Assembly: GCF_009914755.1 (NCBI RefSeq)
Contig: NC_060930.1
Strand: one strand, 5' to 3'
DNA: 64,000 bases
DNA from: the human T2T-CHM13v2.0 reference genome, Homo sapiens
The position numbers and the translations under genes are program-made. Positions within the stretch are counted from its first letter, which is position 1. Each line of letters opens with the position of its first letter. The notes beneath the pieces were generated by a model that was not told the origin of the DNA, made no database searches, and saw nothing but the letters and a program-made list of their open reading frames with translations. This document shows, in pieces, positions 39,649-58,288 of this stretch.

Positions 39649-40319
39649 CCCTATCTGACACTTATTTCCCTCCTCATCCTTCTTGGTATTCTTAGTTTCT
39701 GTGACTAAACCAAAGGGAGCGGGGATAGAAAAGGGGCCAGTAGGGTTATTATTCCTCTAGTATTGTTGTAAGATAACTTCTTGCATTAGGGCCTGAGTCT
39801 TATCTATAGTTGATGCTTTCTCTGGTGGCTACTTTTTCAAAGGCCTTGGCTAAGAATATACGTTTATCCCTTTTCTTCTCTTCCCCTTTTTTCCCTACCC
39901 TTCTTCCATGTGAAAGGATCTCTCTGTTGGGGTCTTACTGTCCTTTCAGGGCCCAATCAGAATGACCCTAGAAATGCTTTTGTTTGATATAGTTTACAGA
40001 ATACAAAGTTGTAAAATAAAAAATGAGTCTATTCCTTTATGAACAAGATTTTCTTTTCTCCCACTGACCCCCTGCCATTTTCCAAGTGTAAAGAAGTTTA
40101 TGAATTGATTGATCTGGGGCTTCCTTGATAGTATTTTGAGGTCTCTCAGTCCAGAGTGAGATCATGAAACTAGACAACAGTCAGGGATTAGGTTAGAACT
40201 GCCTGATCATTACCTACTGAACTGGACTCCTCTTGTACACCATTTTACATCATCTTGTCCTCACTTATTACTCTAGTCACTGCTATAGTTACTAGGTCTA
40301 GAGAGACTTGACCAGTCAT

Positions 40320-40748
40320 GTAGGTGCAACATGACAATGCCTCAGCCTGGGTCAATTACATCCTGTTTCCTGCCTGGTGCTTCTCTGATGGCCTAGTATC
40401 TGCTGGGCTTTCATGCATGATCAAACAAGAACTGGGTGCAAGGGAGTTAATGCCTATGGCGCCATTCTTGGCTAATAGGGAACACATTTACCAGATAAAA
40501 ACTTCTGCCTTTTAAGCCAGGTGGGAAATTCTGAAATGGATGTTCATAAAGCTTCTCAGAACCTCCTACAGAATTGAGTAATTATTGCCTATAGAAGTTT
40601 CCAGCTAGATAATGCATCTTTGTATTGACTTTCCCTCCTTCCTCACTCATTCTCTCATTCCTCACTGCTGTTCCCTGATCGCTTCCTAAACAAATGGCCT
40701 GCTTACAAACCTTTTTCTCAGCCTTTCAGGGGGACTCAGGCAAAGACA
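40320..40748 (+). mobile_element. LTR16-like ERVL LTR
   Basis: gggagttaatgcc...gataatgcatctttgtattgactttccctccttcc...ggggactcaggcaaagaca. Confidence 0.6.
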
Positions 40749-41280
40749 CCAATATGAACCTTTCGTATTTCCTATCTTTTGAAGATTTTGCAGACTCAAA
40801 GATTCAAGGTGATAAATTCATTTGAAACTGAGGATATCTGCAAAAGGGAATGTCTGAGATTTGTTGGCTTCAACTGAACAATTAGTCACCAAGAATTGAA
40901 ATTACCCATATGTGATTCATGAAATACTATCAAGCTGCCATCATTTCTGGAGGCAGGGAACTACTAGATAACATCTTTGAGAAACACTGAGGATTTCAGT
41001 GACTATTTTACAAGAGGGAGGCACTTATTTTTTTCTGTCTCAGCAAAGTATCAAAAAATCTTGGCATTTATCAGGGCTCACAAGTGACTATACACTGAAG
41101 AGATGACTTATAGTTCACTTTAATTTAAAAGCAAGACATACTTGTCACAATTCAGAGTTCTCTTGGGTGACAGCGATGCCAGTATTGCCTCAACTTGCCT
41201 TTGTGCTACACAGAAGAAGCCATGCAAGTGCATTAGCTTTTTTAGCCTCAGAAACTACTGTGGTTGTATGCTAATCTAGC

Positions 41281-41630
41281 CAGTGGTTTGAGAAAACTGG
41301 CTATGAATTGATTATATTGAAATCACTAGGGAAGCTTTTTAAAAATACATGTTTCTGAGTTCCATCTCTGGGTATTTGGATTGGGGCTGGTGTGTGGGCA
41401 GTGGTGGCCTGAAGCTGGCTGTGAGAGCTGATTGTGCACTTCTCTTCCTTACTCTATGTTGAGTGACTTTATGTTGGTAGCTTGAAATCAGCTCTAGTGG
41501 GAGTATGTATACCATGAAAATTGGGAAATCCTACAACTTGGCAATTTATCCCCCTAGAGAACTGGTTATAAAACATTTACTAGAACATCACTAGATTGAG
41601 CCTATGAATCCAATGCAATCTTCTACCCAG
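41281..41630. mobile_element. MER5-like element with MER63A (about 41398-41592) nested inside
   Basis: cagtggtg...gagagctgattgtgcac...gttggtagcttgaaatcag...aaacatttactagaacatcact. Confidence 0.65.
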
Positions 41631-42399
41631 GTAAGGAATCTGCCTTTCAGGAATGTTAATATTTTTATTTCTGATTTAATATGAGCTGTTCAGATGTCAG
41701 TACAATTAGTCCACTATCCATTTTTTGCAAGTATAATGTTTAAGGTAGATATTAACCTTTTGTATTTGATATATTATTGAAATTACTTTAATAAAAATAC
41801 CAATTTGACTTGTATTACAGAAGCTAATGTAAATGACCTCCCCTTTGTACCTGATTGGATTTTCTAAAGGAAAACCAGTCCACATTAATTTAACTCCCTA
41901 TGTGATACTGTTCTACAAAATTAAAATATTTATCTGGCTTGGTTTAAGGACAGTTGTTAGAATAATTGTTTTAACAGAAACTTGGACAATATATTCTCAC
42001 ACATATTATACTTTAATGAACGATTTCTGTGCTAAACTGAATAGTTATCATTATAAGATTTTATCTGGAATTTGGAGAGGTGGCCCGTTAGAGAGATTAC
42101 AGGGGAGTTCCTATTTCTCTCTCCTATTGGTACCATTAATTATTAATATTAAATGTTAGACATAGTGAGGTTGGAGAATTCAGTACATATTAAGAAAGAG
42201 AAGGAATAATAATTTTCAACACAATGCCTATATTTCTGTACCTGGCAATAATGATTTAAAGACCAGTTTAGGTCATTTATGCCATTTCTAACAGAGTTTA
42301 CACTGATAAACTTGAAATACAAAAAATCACAATGTGGTTTTAACATGAAGTGGAAATGTCAAATTGTTTGATATGGTATAGTATTCTGAAAATTGAATT

Positions 42400-43550
42400 A
42401 GATGTAAGGAAGAAATGTGTTCTAACCTCAGCTTCATCATTTCCTATTCAAATGCCATGGGTCAATCACATAATCATTCTCAACTTCGATTCCTTATTCT
42501 TGAAACTAGTGAATTTATATTACATAGCTTATTCTGAGGATCAAATAAGATAGTGCAGGTGTGAGCACTTTGAATATTCTACATTACTCTTCAAATGTAA
42601 GATGCTTCTTTTGGATGCTATCTGCCATTGACAAATGTGGTTATCTTCTTTTGGATGTTATCTTCTTTTGGATGTTATGAAATCATTCTCAAAATTCAAA
42701 TAAATCTCTTAATAGCTACAAGCATTATTTTGCAATTATTTTATGGAAGAAGAGTTGTATTGCTTAAAATATTTCTATCTTCTGTGAAGGTGTAGTATAA
42801 ATAAAAAAAATAGCTAACTTATGGAGTTCTTACTGTGTGGGAGGAACCATGTTATAAAGTAGAGTAGGTATTATTAGTATCCCATTTTTTTTCAGATGAG
42901 GAAACTAAGGCTAAGAGAGAATAATCGATTTTCCACGTCTAACAGCTATAAGATGATAAAGCTAGGACTCAGAAATTATTCCACCTGACATCCAAGCTCA
43001 GACTCTGAAACAAAATGCTAATACTGCCTCTTGGATTGTTCACCTTTGCCTTTATTCTCACTTTACCCACTATATATGAATGTATATATTTTATATGTGT
43101 ACATCACTATACATCTTCATCACTATATATGAATGTACATAATGTATATAAAACTGTCCCTACGTTTAACAGTGGCTGCAAACTACCTAGCATCCTGACG
43201 GTCTGATTTCTGTCAATCACATGCATAGCAATTTATAACTGTAGTTAATGGTGTTATTTCCTCAATTAACCCTAGATTTGAAGGTCAAGTGGACCTTCAA
43301 ATTTCCCTCAAAGGACACTTATTTAGTTTATTATGGGAAAGTAATAATAGGCACAATTTTTATTATTTGTTAAGTACCTAGCAATTTGTACCTATAACCC
43401 TTACTATAGGCATAGATATTATAATCCTCATGTTGCAGATAACAGACTGAGATGGACAGTACTCTGCTGGAGGTTATGCAATAGCTTAGTGGCAGAGCTG
43501 GAATTTAAACTGGTCCCCAAACTCCGTAGCCCATCATTTTCTCACTAACA
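42400..43550. mobile_element. Three MIR fragments (about 42400-42600, 42810-43020, 43350-43550)
   Basis: cccatttt...cagatgaggaaactaaggct; gtggcagagctggaatttaaac. Confidence 0.6.
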
Positions 43551-44564
43551 ACAAACACATGGCACACCATGTGTGATACACTGGGGGGATCCCCTTGTTA
43601 GAATTGGTCATCTCTAGATGCTAGTGTGATTTCAAAGCTTTGTTGACTGAGGGGGAAAAGTTAATTCTGTGCTACATTTATGATTAATTAGCAAATTGAG
43701 GGTAGAGCTGTTTTAGTTGTTCTCAAGATAATGTAGTTTGGGTCCAAACCAGGGATCTCTAAGAGAATAAATACTTTACACTCATCCTCTGGAATTGTGA
43801 TTGATATGATGTAAATAACATCAAAATTAAAATTAAAATTTTGATGTTATTTAAAATTATGTCTGTGATTTTTAAGGTTTCTATACATTAAAATTTAGGT
43901 AGTAAAGAATACTGCTTGCACTAGAGTTCTTGAAAATGATAAGATCTTACATTTTGTTTGGAAACCACCAAATTCTAAATTCAGGGGATGAGTTGGAGAG
44001 GGAGCACTAACCTCTTTTTGTTCATTATCGTGTAAGTTATATTATGCAATCCTCAAAATAGGCTTTTAGGCCATTACTCAGATGGAAGAAGCAGATTTTG
44101 TTTTACAACTAGAGGATAATATAGTACATCTCCTGTAAAAACAAACTCAAGTCTTCATATTCAGAGACCTATTTTAGTTTTCTAATTAAAAAATGAAACA
44201 AACAAAAAATTGTTCTAGAATTACGAAAAAACTGAAGAAAATATACTAATTAAAATATCAATTTGGCAGAAACTTTAAAAAAAGAATTGTGTTTCTCAAG
44301 TATACCAAAGTTTTAAATAAAATCTTACAGGGGATTTTATTCATGTGTAGGCAGTCATAAAATATCTCAAGTTGAATGGGGGTGGGGAGGCATTCTTAAA
44401 GTTAGTATTACTTTTGTGGGTCAATTCTTTCTGAAATTTTTTATTTATTTATTACTTTGAATCCTCAAAAGCTATTTTAATTAATTAATTAATTTCTACT
44501 TTGAACCCTGAGAAGCTATTTTAAAAATTTAACTTAATTTTCAAACTAAATATAGCTCTTTTTT

Positions 44565-44755
44565 AAACTTTTTTTATTTTAATTTTTTTCTTTGTTTTTT
44601 GAGACAGGGTCTTGCTCTGTTGCCCAGGCAGGAGTACAGTGGTACAAGTGATTTCAGCTCACTGCAGCCTCGACCTCCAAGGCTCAAGTAATCTTCCCAC
44701 TTCAGCCTCCCAAGCAGCTGGGATTACAGGCATGTGCCACCATACCCAGCTAATT
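44565..44755 (-). mobile_element. Alu right arm (AluJ/FRAM-like)
   Basis: Single antisense arm with T tail. Confidence 0.85.
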
Positions 44756-45888
44756 CAGAAATTAATTCATATCTACACTCATATGTAGTCCAGAGTGTTT
44801 AGGTCACTAACAAAAATAGTTCACTTACATATCTTAATATGATACTTTATGTAAAAGAATTTCAAAGTTTAAAAACTGTAAGCAAACATAGGTTATTGTT
44901 ATTATTTGGGCATTTCCCCTTCTTAATCAGTAAATACTTTTTAAGTGCATACTATGAATCAAACACTATTAGGTGCTGATATTGTTTGGCTCTGTGTCCC
45001 CACCCAAATCTCATCTGAATTGTAATAATTCCCACGTGTCATGGGAGGGACCTGGTGGGATATAATTGAATCATAGGAGTAGGTTTTTCCTGTGCTGTTC
45101 TCGTGATAGTAAGTCTCATGAGATCTGATGGTTTTATAAAGGGGAGTTCCCCTGCACATGTTCTCTTGCCTGCCACCATGCAAGACATGACTTTGCTCCT
45201 CATTTGCCTTCTGCAATGATTGTGAGGCCTCCCCAGCCATGTGGAACTGTGAGTCAACTAAACCTCTTTCCTTTATAAATTACCCAGTCTCAGGGATGTC
45301 TTTATTAGCAGCATGAGAACAGACTAATACAGTAAATTGGTGCCAGTAGAGTGGGATGCTGCTGTAAAGATACCTGAAAATGTGGAAGTGACTTTAGAAC
45401 TGGGCAACAGGCAGAGGTTAGAACAGTTTGGAGGACTTAGAAGAAGACAGGAAAATGTGGGAAAGTTTGGAACTTCCTAGAGACTTGGAGTACTCAGAAG
45501 GCAGGAAGATGTGAGAAAGTTTGGAACTTCCTAGCCTTGTTGAATGGCTTTGACCAAAATGCTGATAGTGATATGGACAATGAAGTCCAGGATGAGGTAG
45601 TCTTAGATAGAAATGAGGAGCTTGTTGGGAACTGGAACAAAGGTGACTTTTGCTATGTTTAACAAAGAGACTACCAGCATCTTGCCCCTGCCTTAGAGGT
45701 TTGTGAAACTTTGAACTTGAGAGAGATGATTTGGGGCATCTGGCAGGAGGAATTTCTAAGCAGCAAATTATTCAAAAGGTGACTTGGGTACTGTTAAAAA
45801 CATTCAGTTTTATGTATTCACAAAGATATGGTTTGGAATTGGAACTTATGTTTAAAAGGGAGGCAGAACATAAAAGTTTGGAAAATGT

Positions 45889-46278
<390 letters not shown>

Positions 46279-46998
46279 CTAAGTAATGAAAAGCCAAATG
46301 TTAATCACCAAGACCATGGGGAAAATGTCTCCAGGGCATGTCAGAGGTCTTCACAGCAACCCCTCCCATCACAACCTGGGAGACCTAGGAGGAAAAAATG
46401 GTTTTGTGAGTTAGGTCCAGGGCCTTGCTGCTTTGTACAGTCTAGGGACTTGGTAACCTACATTGCAACAATGGCTAAAAGAAGCCAACATACAGCTCAG
46501 GCCATTGCATCAGAGGGTGGAAGCCCCAAACCTTCGTGGCTTCCACGTGATGTTGGGCCTACAGGTGCATAGAAGTCAGGAATTGAGGTTTGGGGACCTC
46601 TGGCTATATTTCAGAGGATTATGGAAACACCTGGATGTCCAGGCAGATGTGTGCTGCAGCAGTGGAGCCCTCATGGAGAACTTCTGCTAGGGAAGTGCAG
46701 AAGGGAAATGTGGGGTGTAATCCCCCTCACAGAGTCCCCACTGGGGGACTGTCTAGTGGAATTATGAGAAGGGGGCCACTGTCCTCCAGACCCCAGAATG
46801 GTAGATCTACCAACAGCTTGCACTGTGCCCTGGAAAAGCCACAGACCCTCAATACCAGCCTGTGAAAGCAGCCAGGAGGGGGAAACCCACCTCTTGCATC
46901 AGCATTACCTGGATGTGAGACATGGAGTCAAAGGAGATAATTTTGGAGCTTTAAGATTTGACTGCCCTGCTGGATTTTGGACTTGCATGGGCCTGTAG

Positions 46999-47386
<388 letters not shown>

Positions 47387-47983
47387 CACCGACTTACTTT
47401 TGATTTTACAAGCTCATAGATGGAAGGGACTTGCCTTGTCTCAGATGAGACTTTGGATTGTGGACTTTTGAGTTAATACTGAAATGAGTTAAGACTTTAG
47501 GGGACTTTTGGGCAGGCATGATTGGTTTTGAAATGTGAGGACAGGATGTTTGGCAGGGGCCAAGATCAAAATGATATGGTTTGGCTCTGTGACCCCACCC
47601 AAATCTCATCTTGAATTGTAATAATCCCCATGTGTTGTAGAAGGGACCTAGTGGGAGGTAACTGAATCATGGTTGTTTTTCCTGGGCTGTTGTCATGATA
47701 GTGAATAAGTCTCATGAGATCTGATGGTTTCCTAAAGGAGAGTTCCCCTGCACATGCTCTCTTGACTGCTGCCATGTAAGATGTGACTTTGCTCTTTATT
47801 TGCTTTCTACCATGATTATGACACCTCCCCAGCCATGTAGCCATGTGGAACTGTGAGTCAATTATACTTCTTTCTTTTATAAATTATAGTTTTGGGTGTG
47901 TATGTCTTTATTAGCAGTGTGAGAGCAGACTAATACAGGTGCTGTGGAAGATTTATAAAAAATGTTTTTGAATATATATTTTA

Positions 47984-48289
47984 TTTTATTTATTTATTCT
48001 TTTCAGACAGAGTCTCGCTCTGTCACCCAGGCTGGAGTGCAGTGGCACGATCTTGGTTCACTGCAAGCTCCGCCTCCCGGGTTCACGCCATGCCATTCTC
48101 CTGCCTTAGCCTCCTGAGTAGCTGGGACTACAGGTGCCCGCCACCATGCCTGGCTAATTTTTTGTATTTTTAGTAGAGACGGGGTTTCCCCGTATTAGCC
48201 AGGATGGTCTCGATCTCCTGACCTCGTGATCCACCCGCCTTGGCCTCCCAAAGTGCTGGGATTACAGGCATGAGCCACTGCACCTGGCT
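47984..48289 (-). mobile_element. AluY-like
   Basis: caagctccgcctcccgggttcacgcca; TSD TTGAATATATATTTTA. Confidence 0.95.
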
Positions 48290-48349
48290 CCTTGAATATA
48301 TATTTTAAATAATCAAATAGTTTACTATTTGAAAAGTAAAGAAAGGAAC

Positions 48350-49850
<1,501 letters not shown>

Positions 49851-50075
49851 CCTTAATATGTTTTGTTATATTAATAATTATGGTGTACACCCTATGAATA
49901 AAGCATTGTGTCAGGCACTGTGGGAAAATTTATAAAGTGTAACGTAGTTCATGCAGCCAGAAATTGCCATCTAGTTATAGTTACAAAACTAACACTCACA
50001 GAAATAACCAAATGGTGGGTTGTATCAGAGAAGATTTTATGGGATGGGTCGTCATTAGTTCTCTAACAGTTGTAA

Positions 50076-50515
<440 letters not shown>

Positions 50516-50578
50516 TCAACTTAATCTTTTTAAAAAAATTGAGATATAATTCACATGCCATTAAAATTCACCATTTTA

Positions 50579-50950
<372 letters not shown>

Positions 50951-51530
50951 TTAATTCCAGAACATTTCCATTACCCCAAAGAGAAGCCCTGTATGAGTTA
51001 GCTGTTACTTTTATAATAACCCACTCCCCAGCTCCTGACAGTTACAAATGACTACTTTCTGTATCTACAGATTTGCCTATTTTGGACATTTCATATAAAT
51101 GTAATCATACAATATACAGCCTTTTGTGTTTGCCTTCTTTCATTGAACAGTGTTTTGAGGTTCATCCATATTGTGGAAAGTATCAGTAGTTTGTTCTCTT
51201 TTTATGGTTGAATAATATTCCACTCTATGTATGTAGCACATCTTGTGGTGTATGTGTTTATCAGTTGATGAATGTGGGAGCTGTTTCCACTTTTTGGCTA
51301 TTATGAATAATGCAGCTATGGACATTTATGTACAAGTTTTTACATGGACATATATGTTTTCGTTTATCTTTTGTATTTACCTAGGAGTGGACTTGCTGGA
51401 TCATTGATAACTCTATGTTTAAATTCTGGAGAAGCTACCAAACTTTTCCATATTGACTGCACTGTTTTATATTCATACTAGTAATGTATGAAGGTTTGAA
51501 TTTCTTCACATCTTTACCAATACTCGTTAC

Positions 51531-51742
51531 TTATTTATTTATTTTTTTGAGACAGGGTCTCACTCTCTCTTCCAGGCTGTAGAGCAGTGGCGTGCTCATG
51601 GCACACTGCAACCTTGATTTCCTGGGCTCAGTTGATCCTTCCACCTCAGCCTCCCAAGTAGCTGGGTCTACAGACCGGGTTTCACCATGTTGCCTGGGCT
51701 CGTCTCAAGCTTCTGGGCTCAAGTGATCTGCCTGCCTCAGCC
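51531..51742 (-). mobile_element. Alu (AluJ-like, internally deleted)
   Basis: Middle A-rich linker missing; TSD ACTCGTTA. Confidence 0.85.
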
Positions 51743-53212
51743 ACTCGTTATTTTGTGTTTTATTTTTAAAATTATAATCATCCTAGTGTGTGGAAAGTGG
51801 TATTTCATTGTACTTTTAATTTGCACTTCTCTAACAACTTACGGTGTTCAGTGGCCTTTCGTGTACTTATTAGGCATTTATGTGTCCCTCCTTAGGGAAA
51901 TATCTATTTAAACGCTTTAACCATTTTTGAATTTTGAATTGGTCATTTTGAATTGATCATTTTATTACTGAGTTGTAGATTTTTTTATATATCATGAATA
52001 CTAGAGCCTTATAAGATATATAATTTGCAAATAGTTCCTCTTGTTGCTGGTTTGTCTTTTCACTTTCTTTATAGTGTCCGTTGACACACACAAGTTGTTT
52101 TGTTTCTTATTAAAATTGCATTAAAAGCTTTTGTTCATTTTTAAATTTGAAAATGAATCCAAGTTATCTTTTTCTTTGATTACCTGTGCTTTTGTTTATA
52201 ACTAAGAAACTTTTGCCTAACTCAGATTCATGAGGATTTACTCCTGTGTTTTATCTTTAGAGTTTTATGGTTTTAGCTTTTACATGTAGGAATTGGATCT
52301 ATTTTGAGTTATTTTTTATGTGGTTTGAAGTAGGGGTCCAGCTTCATTTTTTTTTTTGTATGTGGATACTAGTTGTCCTAGTGCCATTTGTTGAAAACAC
52401 TGTTCTTTCTTCATTTAAAAGTCTTGCCATCCTTGTTGAAAATTAATTGACCAAAGATGTAAGGGTTTATTTCTGTACTCTCAATTCTATTCCACTGATC
52501 TATATGCCTATCTTTATGTCAGTATCACACTATCTTAACTATTGTAGCTTTGTAGTAGACTTTAAAATCAGGAAGTATGAGTTCTCCAACTTTGTTATTT
52601 TTAAAGATTTTTTTGGCTATCTTGGGTTACTTGCACTTCTATGTGAATTTTAGAATCAACTTGTGTATTTCTGTAAAAAAGAAATTTAGAATTTTGACAG
52701 GGATTGCACTGAATCTGTAAATCAGTTTGGTCATTCAGTGTTTCCAAATAAGTTGATTCTACTATGTTTAAAATATTCAAATATTCTTCTCTTATAATTT
52801 TTTCTAATATCTGATCTAAATTTTAGGGTTAATACTGAATTTGTTCTCCTAGATCTGAATTTAGTGTGCTTTCCAAATCGTTACTATTGTCACATGCTTA
52901 TTTTTGCAACTTTTCCTCTGGAAGAGTATTTTGTCTGACTTGAATTCACTTCGTGATGATCCTGGTGGTAAAGGTGCTGATGCATATAATACTGGTTTTA
53001 AAGATACTAGACATCAGGCAACAAGGGACATTTATCCCTAGTGAGGGTCATATGATTTATGGTACAGATTAAGTGAAGGTTTTGTTATAGTTTGAATAAA
53101 GAAAAGTATGGGAAAACTGAGTTATCATGTGAAATATAGTAGATGCATGCGCAGACCAAATTAAAAAGAATCCTCAATAGCTGTCTGAACCATATTCATA
53201 TTGTAAGCAGCA

Positions 53213-53492
53213 TTTTTTTTTTTTTTTGAGACAGTCTTGCTCTGTTGCTGAGGCCGGAGTGCAGTGGCACCATCTCAGCTCACTGGTTTCAAGCAAGTCT
53301 TGTGCCTCAGCCTCCTGTGTAGCTGAGATTACAGGTGTGTGCCACCACGCCTGGATAATTTTTTGTATTTTTAGTAGAGACGGGGTTTCACCATGTTGGC
53401 CAGGCTAGTCTCAGACTCTTGGCCTCAAGTGATCCACCTGCCACAGCCTACCAAAGTGCTGGGATTCCAGGCTTGAGCCACCGCGCCTGGCC
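53213..53492 (-). mobile_element. Alu (AluS-like)
   Basis: TSD TGTAAGCAGCA; small right-arm deletion. Confidence 0.92.
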
Positions 53493-53689
53493 TGTAAGCA
53501 GCAATTTAATTTCAGGTAAATATCATGTGTTGGCTTCAATTAATATTATTAATTTGAATTTTATTAATTTTGGAGTTTTTGAGTGATTTTAATTTGAAAA
53601 TGTGCTTTGCCTTTACAATTAAGAGCTATAAACAATAACAAATATTTATGTTAACTGGAGTTTATAAGAATTTAAAAAATATATTACAT

Positions 53690-54039
53690 TAGGGGTCCTC
53701 AACCTTTTTGGCACCAGGGACTGGTTTTGTGGAAGACAATTTTTCCAGGGACACAGGTGGGGTGGGGATTGTGGGGGATGGTTTCAGGATGAAACTCTGC
53801 CATGTCACATCATCAGACATTAGATTCTTATAAGGAGCACGGAACCTAGGTCCCTCACACACACAGTTTACAATAGGGTTCTCACTCCCATCAGAGTCTA
53901 ATGCAGCTGCTGATCTGACAGAAGGCAGAGCTCAGGTGGTAATGCTTGCTTGCCCACCACTCACCTCCTGCTGTGCAGCCTGGTTCCTAACAGGCCACAG
54001 ACTGCTACCAGTCTGCAGCCTGGGGTTTAGGGACCCCTG
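53690..54039 (+). mobile_element. MER1B (hAT-Charlie)
   Basis: TIRs AGGGGTCCTCAACC...GGTTTAGGGACCCCTG; ttttggcaccagggactggttttgtggaagacaatttttcca. Confidence 0.9.
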
Positions 54040-54399
54040 TTTACATGATTGAGAATTTCTGTTCTTAGGCAACCATCATCTAGCCTCCTATATTCTTCTA
54101 AAATAAATATGTAGGTGATGCCCATATCTTCAATCTACCTCTACCTCTTCTTTTCTGGCCACACTATTTCACCCTAGTGCAGAATGCTAACAATTTGTTG
54201 TCTATATTATTGTTCTAGCCTTCTAAGTCTTTCTTCCACTCATTTTGCCTCTCGACCACCTCTTATATACACTTCTATTAGATTAAGTCATTTTTGTATT
54301 TTCCCATGCACAAACACCAGTTTTCCAATATCATGATTCTACTAAGCCACGTACCACTTACACAACCCTACTCTTTGCCTCTACCTTGCTCTTTAAATT

Positions 54400-54810
54400 T
54401 TTCTTGGATGTTCTTGGCCTGAATTTTAGGATAACAATAAAAGTTTTTGAAAATCTGTGCTGTGACATTGATTAAAATTTCTTTGAATTTATAAATTATA
54501 TGGGAGGGAAATTTAACTTTTTAAATATCCAGTCTAAAAATATGGTATATTTCCTCACTTATTTAGAATTTCTTTTATGTTCTACAATTTTTAAAACGTT
54601 GCATGAGGTCTTGCACATCTTTTGTTAAATTTATAAATTTATTATTAGTTACCTTAGAATTTTTATCACTGTTGTCAGTATGATTTTCTTTTCCATTAGT
54701 TTTCCAATTGTTTATTACTGGCATATAGAAGCATTTTTTGTTTTTTGTACATTTACCTTAATGACTCTTATTAGCATAAAATTTAATCTGTAGCTGTTTT
54801 TAGAATTTTA
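54400..54810 (-). mobile_element. Old L1M fragment
   Basis: gaggtcttgcacatcttttgttaaattta...ttgtttattactggcatatagaa. Confidence 0.6.
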
Positions 54811-54819
54811 CACAAGTCG

Positions 54820-56340
<1,521 letters not shown>

Positions 56341-56431
56341 TAGAAATAAGCTGCCCTAAGAAGCTTATGCACAAGGCATAGCTCTGAAATTAAATTCCAA
56401 ACAGAGCAAATTTACTCAAATGTAAAGATGA

Positions 56432-56767
<336 letters not shown>

Positions 56768-57522
56768 TCAAATATTTTTTGACTAATTATGACTAGTTAT
56801 AATACTGTTTTCTCAACATGTACTCCAATTTTTCTTTCACTTATTTTGGCATATGATTAGTTTTTCTCCTATTGCTAAACCTAGTCTTTTAAAGGATGTC
56901 TCTAAATCAAAATTCAATTGCTTTATGGCAAAGAAACACAGATGTGTTCAATCACACAAATAAACTCTCAATTATTAGGGCCTTTTATAAACTATGTAAA
57001 CAATTGTGTTTCTCTTCATTTTAAAATGCTAGTTTTCTGTTGTTCTGAACTTCTGTTTAACAATGTATTACTGTTATTTATTTTCTCTTATATATTTTGC
57101 CTTTTGCCAACTAGACCATAAGCTACTAGAGGCAGGGAACATGTTCAGTCCTTTGGATATCTGTGATGTCGAGTTGAGTGACTGAGCAAAGTTTCAGCTA
57201 CTCGCATAGTTGTTTTCATTGCAACTGGAGTCAAGAAACAAAGAGAAAAAGAGCCAAATCAACTAGACATTACTAATAATGATCATCATATCTTTATAAC
57301 AGACTTGGTGAAAGAAGGATGTTGATGTTTTTAAAAATGTGGTTTATGTGTTTTGTTACAAAACTTTCCAAATCAGCTCTGTTCATTGTGTAAAAGCTAT
57401 TGTTCATGTTATCAACGGTTATAATGGCACGGCCTTTGTAGCTGATTAACCTGTGTAATTTAAAGCCTTTCAGGGCTCCTGCAAAATATATTTGGTATGG
57501 AGAGACACTAGAATTACATGTA

Positions 57523-57904
57523 TGTTATGGACTGAATGTTTGTTGTTCTCTCTGATTTCCAATTTTGTATGTTGAAACCCTACCCTCTAATGTGATGGTA
57601 TTGTGAGAAAGGGCCTGTGGGATGTAATTGGATTAGATGAAGTCTTGAGGGTATAGTCCTCGTGAATGAGAATAATGCCCTTGTAAGAGTCCTGAGAGAT
57701 CTTGCTTCTCCTTACTCTCCGCTACATGAAGATACAAGCAGTTGGCAGTCTGCAACCCAGAAGAGAGCCCTTGCCAGAACCCGACCCTGTTGACAACCTG
57801 ATCTCAGAATTCCAGCCTCCAGAAGTGTGAGAAATACATTTCTGTTGTTCATAAAACACCCAGTCTGTGGTAATTTGTTATAGCAGCCCAAACTGACTAA
57901 GACA
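57523..57904 (+). mobile_element. MLT1A-like solo LTR
   Basis: TGTTATGGACTGAATGTTTG...ccagcctccagaagtgtgagaaatacatttctgttg...GACTAAGACA. Confidence 0.85.
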
Positions 57905-57980
57905 CTTCCTTTTAGGAACTCTTAATTTCTTTAAGGAAAAAAGCACAAAAGTAAATGTTTTAACATCCTAGTAGGGTTAA

Positions 57981-58288
<308 letters not shown>

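Noticed and set aside
45225-45245. PRDM9 hotspot motif in THE1 LTRs (also about 15045-15060 and 47822-47836)
   Set aside because: All copies read CCTCCCCAGCCAT, not the hotspot-associated CCTCCCTNNCCAC.
45440-45535. Duplicated GAAAGTTTGGAACTTCCTAG in the THE1 internal region
   Set aside because: As I recall, this belongs to the THE1-int consensus and is not locus-specific.
52950-52985. GTGATGA...CTGA, resembling snoRNA C and D boxes
   Set aside because: The boxes are only about 17 nt apart, there is no terminal stem, and I see no similarity to a snoRNA I know. An Infernal/Rfam scan would settle it.
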